Assembly: GCA_002633005.1 (NCBI GenBank)
Contig: NMRA01000078.1
Location: 443,868-507,867 of the forward strand
DNA length: 64,000 nucleotides
Direction: 5' to 3'
Source: Phoronis australis
Lineage: Eukaryota > Animalia > Phoronida
Shown: positions 52,601 to 64,000 of the stretch, piece by piece
Layout of the letters: the number at the start of each line of letters is the position of its first letter
Numbering within the stretch: position 1 is the first letter of the stretch
Program-made: the position numbers and the translations under genes
Notes under the pieces: generated by a model
Seen by the model: only the letters and a program-made list of their open reading frames with translations
What the model was told of the DNA's origin: nothing
The model's database searches: none

Positions 52601-55600
52601 CCCGTGCCGTTCTGCGGTGCGCAGACGACCAGTCACCACGCAGCCTCCACTAGAATTAAAACTGTTTCAAGATGTGACCCTGCTTAAGTGCGCGCGTGCA
52701 AGCTTCACGTGTTGCAGAGGTCAGACATCAAGTTACAGTCTCGTACTATATGTAGCTGTCAAGTTCTGAGTCAGAGAGCAGTTTTATAATTGGTTGTAAT
52801 AAAAGTTTGAAAAACTTAACTCTGCTGTTTTTTGTGTTTGGGATGTTAAGACGACACTTTGTGACTCAATGACATTTTCAGCGTATGGTTCTGCGGCTAG
52901 CTGTCTTATCTCGACAGCCCTGCTCTCTTGCCGTTGCGCCAAACATGCTATGCAAAGAAGTAAGACAAGGATCGGGGGTGGTCGAGCCAGTCGTCGATCA
53001 AAAATAAAATTTCAAGCAACTGCATAAATATGTTAAAAAATGTCAGAAAACAGCAATGTTTCAATTCATTATTCTAAACGATCACCTTACCAAACTTCGT
53101 NATTGTTGCCAGTCACCGTAGACGTGCATCGACTAATCAAAGCTGTTGTCTGTTCATAATGTCCTGCGGCGCAAGGGTTGCCATTTTATGAAACGTGTTA
53201 GTGAGTTGTCGCTTTGGTTTGAAGAAGTTTGTCCATCATGTCTGTAACCTTGGTCCTACTCCTTGTATATACTGGGAATTTCCGCAGATAAGCCCTCACC
53301 CATGGACATTTATTCAGAAAATGTCCTCTTAAAAGGCCACTCATCTCTAATGTGCTTACAACAGTGCTTCTAAGGACTACCAGTCTGTTTCACTTTCAAG
53401 AATACGTAATTATCTTGTTTTATGCTGACATTTTCATAGCCATATATATGTAGCTAGCTGAGGCTATTACTTTGTTTGCACACTCCTTTTTCTAAATGAA
53501 CGTCTGACTGAAGTGACTGAAAAATGTTATTTTCTGAATACATGCCAATGGACATATCAGCGGAATTTCACAGTTATTAATTTTTCAATTTAAACTTAAA
53601 TTTCTAGTCATGTAGAGGTCTTGATTACTTTTAGAAACAGTTAGAGACTACAAATAAATTGCTTGCACCTTCCTGGAACTGTCGACTCCTGATCAGTTTC
53701 ACAATTAGGTGTCGCAGTGTAGTGTAAGAAAATCTTACAATTCTTTAATTCAATTTCACTTGTTAACACATAATCAAAGTAACAGATAATTAATTCAAGC
53801 AGCAGGCAAGCAGTGCTTCTATATTCGATCACCAAAATATTTTTTGGGAGAAATCTCATGTTCAATGGAACAAAAAATGCTTTGTCCTGGTAATCAAATT
53901 CTGTTGCCATGGTTGAATTTTGTATAAAATAAATTAATACTGACACATCTCACCTGTTCACTGCAAACTTGTCGACTGTTAAAGTTGCTGGACCCGAGTT
54001 AAGTGAAAAAGACTGTCACAGTTAAAATTCAAATTAAACAAAAATTTCTATGTGCTATATATCTAAATGTAGATACAAAAATTCTCAAAGCGTTGTGTCC
54101 TTCTATTCTCTGTCGTGGAAATATTTATAAGGACACTAAACCTTGTTTTGATGATTTAAACCAATCCCAGTTCTCTCACCTGCTAATGCATCATTGGTGT
54201 CAGTCTTGAAAGGTGAAAGCAACAATGAACTTAAAACTCCCAATGTCGAACATTGTATTATTATAAGGGTTCTTGGTAGGTTTTCTTTCCTCAGAGATGC
54301 CTTGTAATTTGCTAAAAGTGTAGATCATGCTTGCCAGTTTAGCAGACTTCCAATTCAAATTTCCCTCCAACCTGTTGAGGGTTTTGATTCAGGGATTTGG
54401 ATTGGAAAATTGTTTTTAGCCTCCCTGAATAGGCCAAAACCGGATTGGTATCCTATTAATCGGTGTCTCCGGTCTGAAACATTACCAATCAAATGTCAGT
54501 GGCTCCAACATGTTTGTGGAAATAATCATTTGAAACTTTGTGAAAACTCCACAAGTTCGTGCCTAATTTAAACTTTAATAAATTAAAACCAGTCAGAAAT
54601 TCAGAAATGGTGAAAGCAATGCTGATAGATTTGATAATAATTTTCCAACCCTTAATTTTCGAGCTGTCTGAGCTAGACTAGCAATGCTGTAGAAATTTGT
54701 GTCTTAAGAAGTTGGTAATGTCTAGATAATACTTGGCAGATATATATCCATGTGTCAGTTACAAGTAGTATGGCATTGTATTTGTATTTATAGAACAAGA
54801 TGGAATAGAAATTAAGCTTCTCAGTGAATAGTTTCCACATGGAGGTCTGGTATGGTAATAAGTCATATGGAAGATTTATGTGGAGCTAGTTTTCTTCCCA
54901 GAGTTCAGTATGATGAAGTAGCTCAAGGAGTGATTTTGGTTTTTAAATCATTCGAGCATTGTCTACCAGGTGCAAAGTCAACCAAGAATTGTCTACCAGT
55001 TCAGGGGGTACTCCATAAATCAACCAAGCGGGTTGCGGGNNNNNNNNNNNNNNNNNNNNNNNNNNNNNNNNNNNNNNNNNNNNNNNNNNNNNNNNNNNNN
55101 NNNNNNNNGGGGGGGGGGTTACACACCGAAGGTGTAAATGGGACATGCTGGTCAAATCATTTTTTCATGACATGAATCCCTGTGAAAAGGTGACTGAGTC
55201 TACAACAACGAAGCAAGCCTCTCATGGATGCTGCATTTCCTAGAACAGTGGGTATCCTAATTTTCTGACTACAACCCCCCCTCCCAACAAGCTACAAAAA
55301 CCACTGGCATTTCTTACATTCTCTAATCTGGGAATTGTTTATGAAGCTGAGTACAAAGTAAAGACTGTTTATGTGACCTTTATCAGCATATCTGTTCTTT
55401 GGCAGGAAGCATTGTTAAAGTCTGTGAATAATGCTCAGCTTAGGTATACACAAAGTGTGAGCAGTTGGCCTGACACTGATCCTTACCAGCAGATGATTGG
55501 GTAGTTAAACACTGAGATTATTCTAAATGCTGTGATGGTCTAATACACTGCTCTGCTCTGATATAAGTGCATGTTATCCCTCATACCAACTGAAGCCTCA

Positions 55601-58555
55601 GAGCCTCAGATTTAATTATCCTCATCTGAGTGTCTGACAAGTCAAGATATATATATACAGAGTGTTGAGCTGACTGGTCAGCATGTTCTGCTAATGTAGG
55701 AGGATGTTTTAAATGAAGACATCTGTCTGCATGATGAGGGGGATTGTAGTGATTGGGTCCAGCTAGATTGTCACCATGTTGTGTGGACTGAAGAAGAAGA
55801 AGAGTCGACCTGTCTCGAACGTTTATGAGTTCGATGGAGTGGGCACGGGGGAAAAGCCTGGTAGTAGGAAAGACAGTCCGATGTGCAGCACACCGCACCG
55901 TGTGTGTGATGACATTTTCTTACCTAGTTTTCCAGGTAATTCAGATCCCATGTTGTGGTGCTGTGTTGGTGAAAGTTATTAATGCTGGCATTCCGAAAAG
56001 GATTGCTACGAGCCTGTAATCAGCCATGCTATGTTTTGCCTTATTGCATGCATATTGTCAGACTATTTTTAGGTGTTAAGCAAAATGATATTTCTCTTTG
56101 AAGGGGTTCTACACAGTTTTAGATTACAATTTTTTTCAGTTTGGATTTTGGTCTGTGCCTTAAATGAACAAATTTGCAGATCTAAGTGGGGGTCTACAGT
56201 CATCGTATTAATTTTTCTAGACAGAGGCACCTGGATAACCACATCTATGTAATTAAGTTAATGGTTGACATTCTTTTAAAAATGGGCTAATTTCATTGCG
56301 TGATATCAGTTTTATGCTTTAAGGGTTTTCGCTGTGCAGTTTTGTCTATTTCACAAAAATTGCACACAGTTTGTTACGTGTTTGTTATATCAAATTGAAA
56401 AAATAAAGCGGAAGGCAACTGTTTTGATGTCGTTTTTGTTTACGATTCTCTGGTTATCCTTGATAAATTTTCAAGTTAATTAAATTCCCTCAGGTCCTAA
56501 TTAATAATGCATTCTTCAATCCACAAGTGACGTTTGTGGCCCGAATCATTCACAATGGATGCCACATTGTGTATGTCAAGTTGTAACAGTGTAGAGTAAT
56601 TCAACTTGTAACAATGTATAGTAATTCAACTTGTAACAATGTAGTATAATTCAACTTGTAACAATGTAGTGTAATTCAACTTGTAACAATGTAGTGTAAT
56701 TCAACTTGTAACAATGTAGAGTAATTCAACTTGTAACAATGTAGTGTAATTCAACTTGTAACAATGTAGAGTAATTCAACTTGTAACAATGTATAGTAAT
56801 TCAACTTGTAACAATGTAGTATAATTCAACTTGTAACAATGTAGTGTAATTCAACTTGTAACAATGTAGTGTAATTCAACTTGTAACAATGTAGAGTAAT
56901 TCAACTTGTAACAATGTAGTGTAATTCAACTTGTAACAATGTAGTGTAATTCAACTTGTAACAATGTATAGTAATTCAACTTGTAACAATGTATAGTAAT
57001 TCAACTTGTAACAATGTAGAGTAATTCAACTTGTAACAATGTAGTGTAATTCAACTTGTAACAATGTAGTGGAATTCAACTTGTAACAATGTATAGTAAT
57101 TCAACTTGTAACAATGTAGTGTAATTCAACTTGTAACAATGTAGAGTAATTCAACTTGTAACAATGTAGAGTAATTCAACTTAGATTAGAAGCCCTTGAA
57201 AAATAAATGGGACAATTTTGACGATAGGAGGTGAACTCTCAGTCCATGGTCACCACTGGCTGTATGTCCAATCTTAGCTAAGATGGTTAATATGAACCTT
57301 AATGTCAGCTACACTGTACCTCTCTCATCAAGAAAAGCTGCATCGCATTCACAATAAGTTTCTTACAACTGCTCAGGTTTTGGCAGAGGTACGACTGACC
57401 TTTGATAAAGTGGAACCTAGAAGTGTAGTGAGTGAGATTTGAAAATGACTCGTGACTGGCTTACGCTAGGGAACTAGTGAACATTGGGGGCGTAATTAAA
57501 TGGCATTTACTGAATGTGGTTGATTCATCTCCCTGGAGTCGGTTGCTTGGCAGTTACTTCTTGTGGTAGCCATTGTTTGACAGTTTATATTGCGAAAACA
57601 CCAACAGTTGTCTTCCTCTTTCATTGAGATTTTGCAAGATCCTCACCTCATCAAAGACATAGTGGCAAGCTACACGAATTTCTAATTGAAGTGGATTCTC
57701 TGGCAAGGTTGGCTTATGAGTTGGTCACGAAGTTACAGACAAGTGTAGCTGTTTTTCAAATACCACCTGCCTTGAGTGGTTTTTGAAGTCAGAACACTTA
57801 ACTCCACAGAATTATTCAAGGTCAACTTAATTTCCCTTAGTCGGAAGCCATATCTGGGCTTTGGAACGGCAGACGAATCATTGCTTGTGGTGACAATTTG
57901 GATAAATGTAATTTGGAAATTGATAGGCTGTCATTCATGAACCAAATGCTGATAGTTGTAAGTCATTGGAAGTTCCGTGCTTGAACACTATATGGCATTT
58001 ACATTTACTTGTAGTGTACATTGTACTTGAGTTTCGTTCCTGTGTGTTGATCCTAGGAGGCTCTCCCGTAGGAGCCTAGGTTTGGTGGGGACATGCCGCC
58101 ACTTCCTGAAGTTAATTATCTCCACCCAGATAACATCTTAAGTGGGTATTTTTCAGGGCAGGTTGTTGCCAGGGTGGGTATTATGTTGAATAATAGATGC
58201 TCAAGGTCAAATCTCAAGTAGTCTGATATAATTGCAAAATTATCATTTCATATATTGTAATTTGCATGCTGTTTAGGATGAAATTCATTTTCTTTGCCAT
58301 TGTCCTTTTACGAAGATTCAAGAATATTGTTGTTTGATAAAATCACACCTATTCTTCCGGATTTTAACCTGTTAAGTTCTGAAGACAATTTTGCTGTTTT
58401 ACATTCCCGGTAATAATTTTTGTAATGATCTGACTAGATATATAGCAGGTGCTTTTAATAGATGATAAAATTTTCTGTTCACTTAATTTTTTAGTTTTGA
58501 GCTTCATTTTGTTTTAAGATAGGCCCAGTGGGGTAGGTGTTCATATAACACTGGA

Positions 58556-58639
<84 letters not shown>

Positions 58640-61600
58640 ATATTTTTCATGAGTAGCATCACCCTGCATGTGTCTTTGTTTTCTTTAATGCCGTTCACTG
58701 CGTGGTTTATGATTTAGCAGACATTTGTCAGCATCTTTACTTGATGAGCATTTTAGTGGACAGAATCTTCTGAACTTGAAAGTTTTGTGAAGTTTTTAAA
58801 AGTTGTATTTAATGTAATTTCAGTTCTATTCAAGCAATATTTACGCTTATGTTTTCGTACGGATTTGAATTTAGTGTTTTAAATTTTGTAGAAAGGCATA
58901 CCCATGATGCCAAGAATACAATAAACATTTGACCACCTACACCCCCTTTGCTATTGTGTAGACCAGAACCCCATTGGGCATTGGCACTGCTTAATGTTTA
59001 TGTCTTTGTCATTTCAGAAGAAAGAAAGGGTACAACTTTTGTTGAATTAGTCAAACCAGAAGGCTCAACCCTTGGGCTCACTATTTCTGGTAGGTGGAAA
59101 CTTTACTGTCTGCAGTTTGGGACTGTAAACAATTAATTATTACTTGGCGAATATTTCGCCAAGTATGTTGCTCTTCCACTAAGTTTTTTTTTGTTTGTTC
59201 GCATGATACAGGTCGCAATTTTCGTCCGATCATCACGAAATTTACACATAACATGTAGTTCCAAAAGTACTGGAAGCCTCTTGTTTTTCGTCAAAATCAG
59301 ATCCAAGATGGCGGCTGTGACGGCCATTTTGTTTTCATTTAAAGGTTCAAATGCTTCTGGAGGCTACAATTTTTTACGTAAAAGGCTAAGAATCGGCACA
59401 GTAAATGGACCGGAAGTTTTCTACAAGTATACCGGAAATTGCTCACTTCTGGTTAAAGATGGCAGAAATATCGGCGTTTGCTCATGCGCACTTGATTTTG
59501 GCCTAAAAACGTTTTCTCCTGTAGAGGGCGCATTATCAGACCAATTCCTTTGAAATTTTACTGGAATTAGTTTCTTATGACATGCTATTATACAAAGCCA
59601 AAAAACCGGAAGTTGCTTTCAAGATGGCTGATCTGGCGCATGTTGACCCATTTTCATTCGTGCTGAAGTGCGATTTTAAACGGGAAGAGAAAAAGACGTG
59701 ATTTTTTGCATGTGGATTCTTTGAAGTATATTCTTTCAAATGGCCTGTAACAATTTTTTTCTCAGACTTACCATTTTCGAGTTATTTGACGTTGAATTTC
59801 TTAAAAAAAAAACGCAAAATTTCATTATTTTTCGAAAAATTTACGGAATTAGGCGATACCATCAGTTTAGATAGAATTTTGAATGGGCTTTCAGAAGATG
59901 TTTTCCATTTTTCGCTAGGACGTCTACTTTTCGAGTTATTAAAGATTTTCTGATAACGCTGTTCCTTTGTTGAGCGCTCTTGCTGCATTGATGTTGGTTT
60001 ATCTTCTATTGAACAAGACTGTAGCCTATTTCTTATTGATTTATGACATCTAAGTTCGTCATATGAATGTTTGATGTTGTTCATCATCGCCACCACCATC
60101 ATCATATTCGTCATTGTAGCCGCGTCTGGCTACAGGGATAAATTAAAAGAAGCCGTTTGCATAACGCACTTTATTATTTAGTTGCAAGCGATGAAAAGTA
60201 GAAACTGGAAAAGCGTGAATGAGAAACTGAACAAGCGTTGAAAAGGAGAAACCGGAAAAGCGTGGTTATCTGCAATAAAGAAAAACACACACAGTCTGAG
60301 TATTCGGCAAGCAAGCGTAAATTAACAAGCACTATATCAGAGCGTTAGAAAGACTCGCGCCAATGACTCTATGACAGGCAAATACTACCTCGCTAACAAT
60401 ACATAATTAACTGGAACCCGTACTATCTATTCTACAACTGGGAACCATTACCGTACACAACCAACTGCCTAACTGCGACCCGTAACTATTTATTCTATGA
60501 ACCGGGTACCGCGCAACATATACGCCAAACAAGCAGCTGAAGGAAACTATACGTTAAACAACAACAACTATGTACGCTCTAAACTCAGCTAGTAGATACA
60601 CACGAGTACAACATGCTATGCCATAATACTCAGTACTTACAACAGTTTGGCTAACAGTCTGTGCTTAATATAAAAGTTCCAGCAACCGAGGAAAACACAT
60701 GATTCGTGTTACAGATCTTGTCAACGAATGCCGGTAAACTCATGAAACGCTAGTCACCAAAACCCGCGTAACATACAGAGGCTAATACGTAACAATGGCC
60801 GGCCGGTCAAGCTACTATTCGACTATGCAAATGCTATTGTAACCACTGGAAAGAACCGGCTTGCTAAAAGAAACCAAATCACAGCGGCGAAAGGTGTACT
60901 GCTACCTAGAAAGAAAATAAACAGCGTAACAAGTAAATGAAATACAACAACCAATGACAAAAAATGATGCACGGCATCAACAGTCATCATCGTCATCATC
61001 TTCGTCATCATCTCCGCCGTTGTCTTTTCCGTTAATTTCGCCAAGTGTCGCTCAAGACTGTAGCCTTTTTCTTACTGATTTCGGACTTCTACGTTCGTCA
61101 TGTGTATGTTATTATTACTTCTATTGTTCATCCTCGCCACCATCGTCGTCATATTCGTCATCTTCGTCATCATCTTTATCGTCATCTTTTTGGTTAATTT
61201 CGCCAAGTTTCGCTCCTTGGAGCGCTTTCGTTTTTCTCTAGGTCAGACCTTGTTCCAAATTGTTGAAATAGATAGCATTGGCCATCCCAAATGAATTTCG
61301 AGAAAGACAAATTTTTGTATTAGCTATTAGTGCCCTCTATCTGAGAAACATGCTGAACGCCAAATTAATATGCAGAATTAAGAAAATTTAATTTTGGCTT
61401 GAATTTCAGTGTCCCAAATTTTGAAGATTGTCTCAAACTAGCTAAATCCTACAATGGAAGGCTGTTGCTATAATTTATTTGCCCAAAATGTGATTTTTCG
61501 TTGTTGTGGAGTACAATTTTATGTTACTCAGGTTTAATTACAAACACTTTCCATGATTTGGGAAATGGGGCTAGAAGATGAAGTGTCAAAGTGATCACAG

Positions 61601-62276
61601 TGAACTCAACAGTTTTGGCCTATAATAATTGCCAAAATTGTTGTTTTTTACATTTTTCAAGGACTTCTAGCAATTTTTTGGATGTAAAGAATTTGGTTGC
61701 TATTATTTTGAGCTTGAATACAAAAAAGTGTTTATTTGGTGCTACTTATCTCTTACGGCAAAAATAAGATTTCAGTTCTCCACCACATCATCTCCTGAAG
61801 TGGTGAGATTGATAATTGTGGGTTGCGCTGTTCAAAATCCATAAGGGTTAATAAACCAGTTATTTTCTCATCCAGGAGCGGGAACCATTTGTTAAGCTGA
61901 GTTCACTTACACAGGTCAACTAAGACAGTTGTAAATTAAGAACAGGGTTCACAAAAACTGCTTTCTCTGACCTTGTATTATATCAATTTCAAAAAGCTTA
62001 TTGTGTGTAAATTGTACCCATGATTTATACGCGTCTGCAAAAATCACTGTGTGGACTAGATACATCCTACAAGCCCAAAATATTATGTCATAAATTCATT
62101 TCGCAAGTTGCCATTGGCTTGTGTTGTTACTTTCCGCTGTATTTTACATTAATTTCAACAATCATTCAGTTTGTGTTCATTACCAGTAAGAGGCTGAATT
62201 TTTTGATTCCAGGGGGCATTGATAAAGATGACAAACCAAGGATATCCAACCTCCGTGCTGGTGGAATTGCTCAGAG
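46567..62276 (+). CDS. GRIP1: Glutamate receptor-interacting protein (GRIP1/2 orthologue), 5' part: join(46567..46615,51544..51591,59018..59089,62213..62276...)
   Basis: [49 protein letters not shown] matches GRIP PDZ1; the gene continues beyond the window. Confidence 0.88.
49515..49756. mobile_element. MITE family A, copy 3
   Basis: Colinear with 10634-10880. Confidence 0.75.
50461..50530 (-). mobile_element. tRNA-derived SINE head or tRNA pseudogene
   Basis: Minus strand TGGTGTAGTGG (A box) ... GGTTCGAATCC (B box); the acceptor stem does not pair well. Confidence 0.6.
51544..51591 (+). CDS. GRIP1: GRIP exon (GGEKEHDVFPAKQHIP)
   Basis: Strong polypyrimidine acceptor, donor CTG|gtgagt, 48 nt, phase 1-1; QHIP|EE parallels vertebrate QSIP|EE. 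Confidence 0.75.
52237..53100 (+). mobile_element. Tc1/mariner/pogo-like DNA element (TA|CCGTA terminus, gggcggttaa subterminal repeats), truncated at the contig end
   Basis: Starts in a TA run; five gggcggttaa motifs; absent from the duplicated flank at 53102-53450; related inverted fragment at ~49290-49413. Confidence 0.7.
55040..55108. other. Assembly gap (N run)
   Basis: Run of n. Confidence 0.99.
55776..55935 (+). CDS. GRIP1: GRIP candidate alternative first coding exon B (MLCGLKKKKSRP...LPSFP)
   Basis: Kozak-like caccATG; phase-1 donor CAG|gtaatt (weaker phase-1 donor after 55860); joins 59018 in frame. Confidence 0.6.
56576..57182. repeat. Minisatellite, 25-bp unit (aacttgtaacaatgtagtgtaattc) x~24
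   Basis: Head-to-tail repeats with no spacers. Confidence 0.97.
58556..58637. repeat. (CT)n microsatellite
   Basis: About 40 CT units. Confidence 0.98.
59018..59089 (+). CDS. GRIP1: GRIP exon, PDZ1 start ([24 protein letters not shown])
   Basis: 72 nt, tttcag / gtaggt, TLGL carboxylate-binding loop. Confidence 0.92.
59135..61232 (+). mobile_element. Helentron/HINE (DINE-1-like) non-autonomous element, interrupted by a solo LTR
   Basis: 5' palindrome acttggcgaa-tat-ttcgccaagt; ttcgccaagt recurs at the 3' end, followed by the hairpin cgctcc-tt-ggagcg and a T-rich tail; (tca/tcg)n-rich interior. Confidence 0.65.
60115..60982 (-). mobile_element. Solo LTR (868 bp), BEL/Pao- or Copia-like by its 5-bp TSD
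   Basis: TG...CA termini; gtcat on both sides (60110-60114 and 60983-60987); AATAAA on the minus strand ~55 nt from its 3' end. Confidence 0.8.
62213..62276 (+). CDS. GRIP1: GRIP exon, PDZ1 ([22 protein letters not shown])
   Basis: 64 nt, ttccag / gtaaag. Confidence 0.93.
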
Positions 62277-64000
62277 GTAAAGTCAAAGACTTTTCTCTTA
62301 TTGATCTTGACAGGGCTGTATATTTTTCATCTGTCTTGTACTGCAATGTTGCAAGGTATTGTTCCTATAGATCATTGTCAACATGAAAAACATGAAAAAT
62401 GTCAAAAAATTTTCTACACATTAAAACCATAGTGTTAAAACTTGCAGGAAACTCGTAAACATTTTCATCAGATAAATAAATGTTTATATTTTGCTCATCA
62501 GTCGCTGGTAAAAATTACTAAATGTTTTGTTTTTGTGTGAACAATGTCCTATAAAATTCATGCAATTGCTAAATGTGTGCTCTTTCTTGGGCGACACCCG
62601 AATACCTACTGGTGCCTTATATGCTTTTAATGGTTAAATAATTTGATTTACAAGTATATTTTATAAATAAAAGTTTCCATTTGCTCAAAATAAACATTTT
62701 CTGATAGAGCTGTTCCATATAACACGGCAATAGAACTCTCATTGTTCCGGAGGTAAGAAAGCATGTGGCCTCGTTTTGGAAAATGGGGACATTTACGGGT
62801 GACTCATTGAGGTCAGGAACACGAAGAATTTCACATCAGGCAACCACAATATTTGTCCAATTTCTCAAACCTTTTCACGTCGGACTGCAGCTCGTAGCAC
62901 AGCAGTAACACTTTGTTGGCATTGAAAGGACGAATAGAGTAATGCAACCGAGAAAAACTTGTTAAGAATCAGACTACAACAAATAGCATGTGAAACTCCA
63001 ATGGTACGAAAACCAGGCACCAAATGTGCTTTACGGATGTTTACAGCATTTTGGGTAAAAACTACGAGATTCCAGTGTTGCAGTGTAATCTGGGTCAGCT
63101 CTTTTGAATTGTTGAAGTGAAAAATGCAGGGGTGGGGGGTGTCAGTGAGCGAACCAGGCACCAGAGGTCTGCGATGGTGAAGTTTCTATCATAATGCAGG
63201 TTTATGCAGCACTGTAACTTACAAAATATTTTGGTAAATTTGTTCCAAACTGTTGAAAATGATTGGACAGTTAAATTCAACTGGAATTGATGAATTGCAA
63301 GTGCCTAGCTTTACCTGTCGACTGCTGATAACTGCCACCACTCTCTTAGTCAAATGAGGGTGGTTGCTATAACAACAGCCTCATTAGCATCTCATTAGCT
63401 TGAATTACGTTATCAGGTGATTGAATGTATGCATAAAATACTCACTGTCTCTTTTAAGCTTCATTTTTATAGTACTGTGGATTTTCTGTGTATTTTGCAT
63501 CACAAGATGGAGTATTTAATTTCCTTTTATTTGATAATGATTAAAAAGGATTGAAGAGACAATTTCGGACAAAATTTAGGAAATATTTGAATTTGCCAAA
63601 TCCTTGTTTTGACCATTTTTGATTAGTTTTGGATTGTTTGGAATTGAATCTAGATAAGGTTTCAAAAGTTTCCTCTAGATTTTTTCATTCTTGATAGCTT
63701 TTCAGACTTTTCTTTGGACAACGGTTAAATTTTCTGCTGTTATTGTTATTGCTGGGATGCAGGGCTTTGGGTATTTCTTTGTACCTTGGTTCGTTTTGAT
63801 GTACAATGTACGAGACGTTATCATGTTGAATTTGAATTTAGATGTCTTGTTTACCAAACTCATGTCCAAATACTTGAACATGGAATACAATGCCAATTTG
63901 CATTCAGTTTTGAGTTTTTGATTTTTGATTTCATTAATTGTAGTACTTAGTGAAGATATATTCCCACCTTAGTTTATAATTTTTACAGTTTGTTCATGAA

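Noticed and set aside
56576-57182. CRISPR-like array
   Set aside because: Head-to-tail 25-bp units with no unique spacers, no cas genes, and located in a eukaryotic intron
58504-58698. RE-repeat ORF
   Set aside because: Translation of the (CT)n microsatellite

Overview
Eukaryotic (animal, probably marine invertebrate; AT-rich, intron-rich) genomic scaffold, not prokaryotic. Four spliced protein-coding genes can be rebuilt exon by exon with in-phase GT-AG junctions. (1) NAMPT, minus strand, ATG at 16699, 8 exons, last exon outside the window to the left. (2) MRPS33, plus strand, 2 coding exons, 106 aa. (3) LRGUK, minus strand, 15 coding exons, about 811 aa, with one intron carrying minor-spliceosome (U12) signals. 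(4) The 5' part of a GRIP PDZ scaffold gene, plus strand, with two candidate alternative first coding exons (MPGWK..C and MLCGL..). Introns and intergenic DNA hold many MITEs and foldback elements, tRNA-derived SINE heads, a LINE 3' fragment, a Helentron/HINE-like element with a nested solo LTR, and mini/microsatellites. Three apparent tandem duplications joined by a single N look like allelic-overlap assembly artefacts. I see no CRISPR array or novel enzymatic system. The best leads are the dual GRIP N-termini, the U12-type intron, and a tandem array that copies a splice donor.
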